NCBI GenBank assembly: GCA_963701015.1
Contig: OY969556.1
Location: forward strand, 650,411 to 714,410
Direction of reading: 5' to 3'
Length of the DNA: 64,000 bases
Source: an uncultured Bacteroidota bacterium
GTDB lineage: Bacteria > Bacteroidota > Bacteroidia > Bacteroidales > DTGW01
Translations under genes and position numbers: made by a program
Shown: positions 18,713 through 26,795 of the stretch, in pieces
Position numbering within the stretch: the first letter of the stretch is position 1
How the letters are laid out: each line of letters opens with the position of its first letter
The notes under the pieces: model-generated
The model's input: only the letters and a program-made list of their open reading frames with translations
Told to the model about the DNA's origin: nothing
The model's database searches: none

Positions 18713-20191
18713 ATGAAATTTGGTTTATTCAGTACAAAACCTTTAAGCCAATTGATGGATGAAGTCCATGATGAGCATCACGGCTTGAAAAGGGCATTAA
18801 CAGCTACAAACCTTGTTACTTTGGGAATTGGTGCGATTATTGGAGCGGGTATTTTTGTTTTAACCGGTGAAGTAGCTGCCCACTATTCAGGTCCGGCTAT
18901 AGTTCTATCATTTACTATTTCAGCTTTAGCTTGTGCATTTGCAGGTTTATGCTATGCTGAGCTAGCCTCAATGATACCTATCTCGGGAAGTGCTTATACT
19001 TATGCGTATGCAACTTTAGGAGAATTTTTTGCCTGGGTTATTGGCTGGGATTTAATAGTCGAGTACTTGTTTGCTGCATCTACTGTTAGTGTAGGTTGGT
19101 CGGGTTATGTGGTTAGTTTCCTAAATAATTTTGGGATACATTTTCCAACCTCGTTAACCACATCTCCTGTTGTTTATAATGAAATTACCAATGGGTTTCA
19201 ATTTTCACAAGGTGGAATTGTAAATCTCCCTGCTATATTTATAGTTTTACTTGTTACTGTTTTATTGGTAATAGGTGTGAAGGAATCGGCCAAATTCAAT
19301 AACATTATTGTTTTTATAAAACTTACAGTAATCCTAATTTTTATTTTTGCTGGTATTGCATTCATCAATATTCATAATTGGCATCCATTTATTCCGGCCA
19401 ATACGGGCAAATTTGGTTCATTTGGGTTAAGCGGAATTTTTAGGGGTGCGGCAGTTATATTCTTTGCTTATATTGGTTTTGATGCAGTTTCAACAGCTGC
19501 ACAGGAATCAAAAAATCCACAACGCGACCTGCCAAGAGGAATTTTAGGTTCATTAATAATTTGTACTATATTATATATTGTTGTCGCCTTAATCCTTACC
19601 GGAATTGTTTCCTATACAAAACTTGGCGTTCCTGATCCAATTGCTGTTGGTGTTGATGCAACCGGGCTAAAATGGTTGTCACCAATTGTTAAAATTGGCG
19701 CAATTGCAGGGTTAAGTTCTGTAATTTTGGTTATGCTTATGGGGCAGCCACGAATTTTCTTTACAATGGCTAAAGACGGTTTATTGCCTCCATCATTTTC
19801 AAAAGTGCATCATAAATTTAAAACACCTTATATGTCAACTATTATTGTAGGCATTGTTGCAATGGTTTTGGCAGGGCTTTTCCCAATTGGTGTATTAAGC
19901 AAATTGGTTTCTTTGGGCACATTATTAGCCTTTGCTTCAGTTTGCCTGGCAATATTAATTTTACGAAAGAAACAACCCGATGCAAAAAGGCCATTTAGAA
20001 CACCTTTTAGTCCATATATTCCTATTTTGGGAATTATATCTTGTTTGAGTGTAACAGCTTTCCTAAATTCGTATGCTTGGAAAGCCATGGGAATCTGGCT
20101 TATTATTGGTTTAATAATTTACTTCACTTATGGATATAAGCATAGTAAGTTAAGAAAATCAGCGTCGAACAGTGATAGGTCAACTAAATAA
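18713..20191 (+). CDS. APC-superfamily amino acid permease (cationic amino acid transporter-like)
   Basis: About 12-14 TM helices and an N-terminal GAIIGAGIFVLTG motif typical of amino acid permeases. Confidence 0.9.
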   Translation: MKFGLFSTKPLSQLMDEVHDEHHGLKRALTATNLVTLGIGAIIGAGIFVLTGEVAAHYSGPAIVLSFTISALACAFAGLCYAELASMIPISGSAYTYAYATLGEFFAWVIGWDLIVEYLFAASTVSVGWSGYVVSFLNNFGIHFPTSLTTSPVVYNEITNGFQFSQGGIVNLPAIFIVLLVTVLLVIGVKESAKFNNIIVFIKLTVILIFIFAGIAFINIHNWHPFIPANTGKFGSFGLSGIFRGAAVIFFAYIGFDAVSTAAQESKNPQRDLPRGILGSLIICTILYIVVALILTGIVSYTKLGVPDPIAVGVDATGLKWLSPIVKIGAIAGLSSVILVMLMGQPRIFFTMAKDGLLPPSFSKVHHKFKTPYMSTIIVGIVAMVLAGLFPIGVLSKLVSLGTLLAFASVCLAILILRKKQPDAKRPFRTPFSPYIPILGIISCLSVTAFLNSYAWKAMGIWLIIGLIIYFTYGYKHSKLRKSASNSDRSTK

Positions 20192-20194
20192 ATT

Positions 20195-20217
20195 GATTTC
20201 AAATTATTTTTGAAATC
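20195..20217. terminator. Candidate bidirectional terminator hairpin (GATTTCAAA-TTATT-TTTGAAATC) between convergent genes
   Basis: A perfect 9-bp stem flanked by A/T runs. It overlaps the stop region of the minus-strand gene. Confidence 0.4.
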
Positions 20218-22876
20218 CAATAATTATTTTTATGCCCCAAGATGAATATTTAAAATTATTAAAGGCCGCATAAGCATTTATACTACCGGTTCCTAGATAA
20301 AGTTGGCTAATGCCATAACCGAATTCGGAATATGAATTATAATAATCGGTATGCAAATAATTTACATATAATTCTTCATTCCAATTGGTCAAGTCAATTA
20401 TTGGAATATATTTTAATAGAAATCTTGAAGTTGAATAATTAACATGCCCTTCAATAATATATTTTGATGTGTTTGCTACGTAATAGGGAAGTAATGCAAA
20501 ACTGTTTTCAATTGTGAACAATGATACGGGACATTGCTGTGTAAGAGGTTGGTAGTAATCGGCAAAATGTATGTTGCTATTTTCAAAAAATTTCCCACTT
20601 GAAACACTGTATATAAATTTTGAATTTAATCCCCAATTAATCTGCTGATGAACTGTAAATGAACTGAACAAGAAATTTGATTGACTTGCAAACATATTTG
20701 GAATACCTTTTCTTATAAGCAATTCAATTGTTGGAAAATTCGAATAAAGATAAATTTTTCTTCCATCTCTAAGAATTTGATATCTGTCAAAAGGGGTATA
20801 TGATATATTTAATGACAATTCAGAATTAATATAATGGCCAATATTTATTAATGTATCGTTATTTTTTGGAATATTTATAGCATATAATTTATTTGGTTTG
20901 AAAAATGAAAAATTCGAATGATTTGATAACGATTCCCGATTATCATAATTGAAACCAAATTTTATTGATAAACCGTTTAATAAATCAATAGTATTACTGC
21001 ATTTAAAATATTTACTCTCATATAACTTAGCATAATTTTGTTTAAAAAATAAATCGGAAAATGTATTTACATATTTTTCAACTGCCGCATCACCATTATA
21101 ATCGGCTGACCATTTGCCAGTTTCAAAATTAAAGTTTCCAAGACTTAGTGGGGCATAATTATATTCGCCATAAAGTTTACCATATATAGTTTTACGTGAA
21201 AACGCATAAGCAATTGCTGGTTTAAAAGTTAATCTGTTTTTATTATTAAGTTTTCGGTGTACACTACCGTCAAAGGAATATACAAATCCGTCGACCGGGT
21301 TAAACCATATAACAGAAGGACTTATAAATCCGGAAAAATTTGAATAATTGCCTGAAGTATCATGCCAGAAACCTCCTGTAATCATATCCGATGATGAAAT
21401 TCTATTTCTTTTGACAATACTTTTTGAAGTATCTGTTTTTGCAGCCATTACAATGGAATCGTGATAGTTTAAACTTTTTAATTCAGGCATACTTAATGCA
21501 ATTGGCCTGTTTTGCGACCAATACAATGTGTCCTTTTTGTTGGCATCAGAATCTATTTTATATTCAATTTTACTTTTAACTTCTAGTGTTTCCGAAGGTT
21601 TTAAAGTATCATTCTCTGCTTCCTTTTTGGCTATTCTGGCAAGTTTAATCATATCGCGTGTTGTAAGATTTCCTTTTTGCAATATTTTTTCAACTTTTAT
21701 TTGTTCCTTACTTTTTTTTGTAATTGATTTTATAGTTGTATCTGATATTTTATTTATTTTATTTTCAGAACTTAGCAATAAAGGTTCAGTAATGGAATTA
21801 TTTTGTTCAACTTGGCTATATTTCTGAATTATTGAATAATACATTTCACCTTTACCTCCAAAGCCTTTCATATTCATTGCAAATTGATGGCTTACAGGTA
21901 ACCAAAGCTTATCATTGATGTTTAAGTATTGCTGTTTAATTAACGATAGCCCAAATTCAAATTCAAAACTAAAATCAACAGAATAAATATTATATGTTTT
22001 ATCAACAAGATATAGATATCCACTAAACATATACAAGCTTTTTTGTTTTGGGGCAACAGCTATTTTTAATATATCGTGGCCGTTTTCATTGGTGAACCCG
22101 CAATATTTATATGTATAAAAACCAAATGCTTTTGGCGACATTGGTGAAATAATATTCCCAAAATGGCCATCATAAAAGCTAGTTGTTACATAGCCCAAAG
22201 GTGCATTCCCCAAAATATTTGGATGTGTACTGTGATTTGAAATAACTCTTTGAATATATTTATCAGGTGCATTATAATCTACTTCATTTATCGATTCCAA
22301 TAACACTACATCGCCTTGTTTAAATGGAAAACCTTGTGAATGAATAAGTTTTTCAACAATTTTCGGAATCTTTAAAAAATTCATACTCCCTTTTATATAC
22401 ACACTCGATTTGTATGACTTTACTAAATTCTTATTATAAGCAGCAAGAACAATTGCTTTTCGCATTATTGCATAAGCCGGATCTTCATTACCTTTTCTTA
22501 TATGAGCCTCTGGAATTGAGTATGTTTGCTCCTTTAGCAAAATATTTAATTCAACGTTATTATTAGTAACATTAACAATTGCTTTTTGTGATTTATATCC
22601 TAATGAACGGAATTCAATTATATAATTGCCGGGAGTTACTTTTATTTCAAATTTGCCGTCAGCGTTGGCCAGGGTTCCAATCTTTAATTCGTGAACATAT
22701 ATGGTTGCCCCTGAAATGGGTAAGCTATCTGGACCTTTTATAATTCCTTTTATTATTTGCGCATTGGTAGAAAAAGAATATATAAAAAAAAGTGTACAAA
22801 TAAATATTACTTTAAGATGTAAATTCCCAGCTTTATAGGATCGATATTTCATTGCATGAAGCTCAATGTTGTTCAA
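20204..22876 (-). CDS. Secreted protein with CarboxypepD_reg-like N-domain and a large beta-rich domain (DUF5686-like by recollection)
   Basis: Signal peptide and the N-domain pattern IKGIIKG....PISGATIYV......T.A..DGKFEI.V.PG.Y. The alternative start at 22852 (MKYRSY..) would remove the overlap with the upstream kinase gene. Confidence 0.65.
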   Translation of the reverse strand: MNNIELHAMKYRSYKAGNLHLKVIFICTLFFIYSFSTNAQIIKGIIKGPDSLPISGATIYVHELKIGTLANADGKFEIKVTPGNYIIEFRSLGYKSQKAIVNVTNNNVELNILLKEQTYSIPEAHIRKGNEDPAYAIMRKAIVLAAYNKNLVKSYKSSVYIKGSMNFLKIPKIVEKLIHSQGFPFKQGDVVLLESINEVDYNAPDKYIQRVISNHSTHPNILGNAPLGYVTTSFYDGHFGNIISPMSPKAFGFYTYKYCGFTNENGHDILKIAVAPKQKSLYMFSGYLYLVDKTYNIYSVDFSFEFEFGLSLIKQQYLNINDKLWLPVSHQFAMNMKGFGGKGEMYYSIIQKYSQVEQNNSITEPLLLSSENKINKISDTTIKSITKKSKEQIKVEKILQKGNLTTRDMIKLARIAKKEAENDTLKPSETLEVKSKIEYKIDSDANKKDTLYWSQNRPIALSMPELKSLNYHDSIVMAAKTDTSKSIVKRNRISSSDMITGGFWHDTSGNYSNFSGFISPSVIWFNPVDGFVYSFDGSVHRKLNNKNRLTFKPAIAYAFSRKTIYGKLYGEYNYAPLSLGNFNFETGKWSADYNGDAAVEKYVNTFSDLFFKQNYAKLYESKYFKCSNTIDLLNGLSIKFGFNYDNRESLSNHSNFSFFKPNKLYAINIPKNNDTLINIGHYINSELSLNISYTPFDRYQILRDGRKIYLYSNFPTIELLIRKGIPNMFASQSNFLFSSFTVHQQINWGLNSKFIYSVSSGKFFENSNIHFADYYQPLTQQCPVSLFTIENSFALLPYYVANTSKYIIEGHVNYSTSRFLLKYIPIIDLTNWNEELYVNYLHTDYYNSYSEFGYGISQLYLGTGSINAYAAFNNFKYSSWGIKIIIGFQK

Positions 22877-23789
22877 TCAAAGATTTTGCAAAAGATTCTG
22901 ATATATAATTATCATAACTCATGCAAACATCGCTGGCAAAATTTATACCATTTTGTAAAAGGCTTCGCCAAACATTTTCAGATAATGATTGTAAATCATT
23001 GGTATAAATAGTATGATTTATTAAACCAAATATAATTCCACTATTAAAGTTATCACCAGCGCCAATTGTGCTAATTGGAGTTAATTGTTGCACTTTTTCT
23101 TTTATTTTAAGATTTGGTGTTATAACATAGGCGCCATTTGCATTTTCAGTATATATTAGAATTTTACAATATTTCGAAATTTTATTATAGGCATCATTCA
23201 AATTTGAAGTATTAAAAATCATTTGCAAATCTTCATTTGAAGCGCGGACAATACTTGCAATCTCCAAATTTTCTATTATATAGGGCTTTAAATCATTTAA
23301 TTCATGAAAATGTGCCTTACGAAAATTCGGGTCATATATTACTAAGGCTCCATTTAGCTTGGCTTTTGAAACAAATCCAAATAATGATTTTCTAATTTCT
23401 TTATTTATGGCATAAAATGAACCAAATAGAATAATATCTTCAGGTTTTGGTTCAGGGAAATTAATGTCTAAGCGATTTTCAGGCAATTCTTTATAAAAAG
23501 TATAATGTGCATCGTTTTGCTCATTTAAAAATGCTATAGCGATAGAAGTTTTGCCATTATCATATCTATAAACATAATTTGTGTTTACATGGTTATATTT
23601 TAAGAAATCGTCAATTTGATTGCCAATATCATCAGTTGCATATTCGCTTATAAAGTGTACTGGCATTTTTGTTCGTCCGAGCGAGACTGTGCTGTTAAGC
23701 ATTGAACCTCCTGCCTTTGCAGCTACAGGTTGTGAATTCTTAAATATAATATCGTAAACTGTTTCACCAATGCAATAAATATTCCGCAT
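22863..23789 (-). CDS. PfkB-family carbohydrate kinase (fructokinase-like)
   Basis: N-terminal GE.V.D pattern and C-terminal GAGDNFNSG (the DTxGAGD-type motif). Confidence 0.85.
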   Translation of the reverse strand: MRNIYCIGETVYDIIFKNSQPVAAKAGGSMLNSTVSLGRTKMPVHFISEYATDDIGNQIDDFLKYNHVNTNYVYRYDNGKTSIAIAFLNEQNDAHYTFYKELPENRLDINFPEPKPEDIILFGSFYAINKEIRKSLFGFVSKAKLNGALVIYDPNFRKAHFHELNDLKPYIIENLEIASIVRASNEDLQMIFNTSNLNDAYNKISKYCKILIYTENANGAYVITPNLKIKEKVQQLTPISTIGAGDNFNSGIIFGLINHTIYTNDLQSLSENVWRSLLQNGINFASDVCMSYDNYISESFAKSLIEQH

Positions 23790-23792
23790 ATT

Positions 23793-24401
23793 TTAACCTT
23801 TCATTGCCTGTTCACGTGATTTTTGACCTAAATATCCTCCATGATGACGTTTTGCATAATCATCGTTATTGAATCCTATTTTTTTCATTAGCAAAACAAC
23901 CAATATATCACCAATTACTGTCATTGTAGTTGTTGATGTTGTTGGCGTTAATCCCAGAATGCACACTTCTTTCGGATTACCAGTTGACAATGTAACATAT
24001 GCTTGATTACCCAAATCACCAGCAGGATTACTAGTTATAAGAATAAATGGAATGCCGGGATGTAACCGGTTTGCAAGTTCAACAAGTTCAATTACTTCTC
24101 TTGTTTTTCCGGAATTTGAAATCAGCAACAAAATATCGTTTTGCTGAATCATCCCTAAATCGCCATGCTGAGCTTCACTGGGGTGCATAAATACAGCGGG
24201 TGTACCTGTTGAACTAAACGTTGTAGCCATGTTTAGCGCAATTTGACCAGCTTTTCCCATACCACTGGCGACAATTTTTCCATGTTTTTTATGAACATGT
24301 TCATAAATGATATTTATAGCAATTTCGAAATTATTATTTACCGGAATATTAAGTATTGCCTGAGCCTCATGCTCAAGTAATTGTTTAATTTCTGTTAACA
24401 T
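23793..24401 (-). CDS. SIS-domain sugar-phosphate isomerase, KpsF/GutQ-like but without the CBS pair
   Basis: GMGKAGQIALNMATTFSSTGTPAVFMHPSEAQHGDLGM and SNSGKT motifs. At 202 aa it contains only the SIS domain. Confidence 0.85.
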   Translation of the reverse strand: MLTEIKQLLEHEAQAILNIPVNNNFEIAINIIYEHVHKKHGKIVASGMGKAGQIALNMATTFSSTGTPAVFMHPSEAQHGDLGMIQQNDILLLISNSGKTREVIELVELANRLHPGIPFILITSNPAGDLGNQAYVTLSTGNPKEVCILGLTPTTSTTTMTVIGDILVVLLMKKIGFNNDDYAKRHHGGYLGQKSREQAMKG

Positions 24402-24552
24402 TTCTCTTAATTAATATTTGTGAAACAACTTTATGTCAAATTTTACAAAACGAAAATATTTAGCTCATCAATATAAACTTTGTCAAAATTATATGTTTTA
24501 TAAGGTATAAAAATCTTAAATTTATAATTAATCCATAAAAATAAAAAAACAA

Positions 24553-26670
24553 GTGGAGAAAGATAATAATTTTATGGAAAGTAACTCTCAATTTTCTACA
24601 AAGGATGAATTATTTAATTATTTTATCGAATTTTCAACTGATGCAATAATTAAAGTCTCTTCTGATGGTTTTATTATTTCATCTAATGAAGCTATGCGAA
24701 TTTTATCAGGCTATAGTAATGAAGAACTATTGGAACTTAATATTGATTCGCTTTTTGTAAACAATAAATTTGAAAAAATAGCAATATCAGAATTGAAAGA
24801 TAATTCAAAAGCTTTTTTGAAAACTAAAGAGGTTAAAACTTTACAGGTCAATTGCTTTTTAAAATCCAATGCTGATAATTCGAAATTTATATTTATTAAA
24901 CCTTTGGGACAAACCGCCGAGTTATTATTAGATATTAAAAGGCTTACGGCATTAGAACATTTGAATAAAATGGAGAATGCTACAATCTCTCAAATAACAA
25001 GCTTTGCCCTAAATAAGGCTTTAGAAATATCGGGCTGTTCACTTGGTTATATTGCATTTGTGAGTGAAGATGCTGCTTTCATTACTGTTTCGGCTTGGAC
25101 TTCAAATATTTTTAAAGTTAATCCTTCTGAAATTGAGCCATTTACATTTAATGTCTCAGATATTGATATAATTAAAAACGTTATAAAAACGAAAATTTCT
25201 GTTTTAGAAAATAGTTTCAATGGAAATGGAGAAAAAATTTTCCAAACCGAAAATGTTCCTTTAAATAATTTTATGATAATTCCGGTTTCACAGAATGAAA
25301 AGGTTAAAATGATAACTATTTTGTGTAACAAAGAAGAAGATATAAATTCAAATAATCTAGCTCAGGTATCAGCCCTACTGGTTGGATTGTGGACGGTAAT
25401 ATTACGAACCCGAAGTGCGCGTAAACTACAAGAAAATGAACAAGTACTTATACAACAAAATGAAGAATTTATTGCAATAAATGAAGAACTTAACGAAAGT
25501 AACAAAAGAATTCTTGAGATTAATGAAGAATTGAAAATGGCAAAAATAAAAGCCGAAGAAAGTGATATGTTAAAATCATCATTTTTAGCGAATATGAGCC
25601 ATGAAATAAGAACACCCATGAATGCTATTAACGGTTTTGCTGAATTACTCAGGCAGTCAGGGATTACTCCAGAAATTTCATCGCAATATATTGATATTAT
25701 TAATGCCAATTGCAAACAACTTACCTCAATAATTGAAGATATAATTGATATTTCGAAAATTGAAACAGGACAAATAACTATTAATTATAAAAGGACAAAT
25801 ATTAACGAATTATTGAATGAATTGGGAATAATATTTGAAAGTCTAGGTTCTTCAAAAGGAATAGGTTTTAAAATTGATGCAGGACTTAAAAGTAATATTT
25901 CATATACAAAAACTGATGAAACACGACTTAGACAAATTCTGTATAATTTAATAAATAATGCAATTAAATTTACAAATTCAGGCAGTGTTATTGTTGGCTA
26001 TACCTTAAAGAATAATTTTCTTGAATTTTATATAAAGGATACAGGTATTGGAATATCAAAGGAAAACCATGAAATTATATTTGAACGTTTCCGGCAGGTT
26101 GAATCAGGAATGTCAAGAGTATATGGAGGAACAGGACTTGGTTTAACAATTTCAAGAGTACTTTTAGAATTATTGGGCGGGAGAATTTGGTTGGATTCCG
26201 AATTGGGCAATGGATCAACATTCTATTTTACAATTCCCTATGAAGCTGAAGGAATTAATGAATACAGTGTTTCAGATGTCAAATTAAAACAAAAATACAA
26301 TTGGTCCGATAAGACTATTTTAATTGCAGAAGATGAAGAATATAACTTTTTCTTAATTCATGAAATACTAACTGATACAAACGCTAATCTAATTCATGCA
26401 AAAAATGGGAGGGAAGCTATTGAATTCTGCCAACAAAATGCTGAAATTGTTTTGATTTTGATGGACATTAAAATGCCTGAAATTGATGGTTATGAAGCTT
26501 CAAAAATTATAAAATCATTCAGGCCTGAGTTACCTATTATTGCACAAACAGCATATGCAATGTCCGAAGATCGCACAAAAGCATTAAATGCAGGTTGCGA
26601 TAACTATATTTCAAAGCCATTAAATAAAGACAGGCTGCTAAATATGATTAGTTCAAAAATTGACAAATAA
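24553..26670 (+). CDS. Hybrid sensor histidine kinase/response regulator (PAS-GAF-like-HisKA-HATPase-REC)
   Basis: H-box FLANMSHEIRTPMNAI, N-box NLINNAIKFT, G-boxes DTGIGI and GGTGLGL, and C-terminal REC (LMDIKMPEIDG). The GTG at 24553 or the ATG at 24574 could be the start. Confidence 0.9.
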   Translation: MEKDNNFMESNSQFSTKDELFNYFIEFSTDAIIKVSSDGFIISSNEAMRILSGYSNEELLELNIDSLFVNNKFEKIAISELKDNSKAFLKTKEVKTLQVNCFLKSNADNSKFIFIKPLGQTAELLLDIKRLTALEHLNKMENATISQITSFALNKALEISGCSLGYIAFVSEDAAFITVSAWTSNIFKVNPSEIEPFTFNVSDIDIIKNVIKTKISVLENSFNGNGEKIFQTENVPLNNFMIIPVSQNEKVKMITILCNKEEDINSNNLAQVSALLVGLWTVILRTRSARKLQENEQVLIQQNEEFIAINEELNESNKRILEINEELKMAKIKAEESDMLKSSFLANMSHEIRTPMNAINGFAELLRQSGITPEISSQYIDIINANCKQLTSIIEDIIDISKIETGQITINYKRTNINELLNELGIIFESLGSSKGIGFKIDAGLKSNISYTKTDETRLRQILYNLINNAIKFTNSGSVIVGYTLKNNFLEFYIKDTGIGISKENHEIIFERFRQVESGMSRVYGGTGLGLTISRVLLELLGGRIWLDSELGNGSTFYFTIPYEAEGINEYSVSDVKLKQKYNWSDKTILIAEDEEYNFFLIHEILTDTNANLIHAKNGREAIEFCQQNAEIVLILMDIKMPEIDGYEASKIIKSFRPELPIIAQTAYAMSEDRTKALNAGCDNYISKPLNKDRLLNMISSKIDK

Positions 26671-26795
26671 ATTAAATTTTATTTAAATAACGGCAATGTC
26701 TTTTTTTATTAAAAATTAATTAATTTCACTTTTTGTTGATGGTTCCAAAACAAATTTAAAAACCTTAGTACCTACGGTTAATAATTTTTCCGGTT

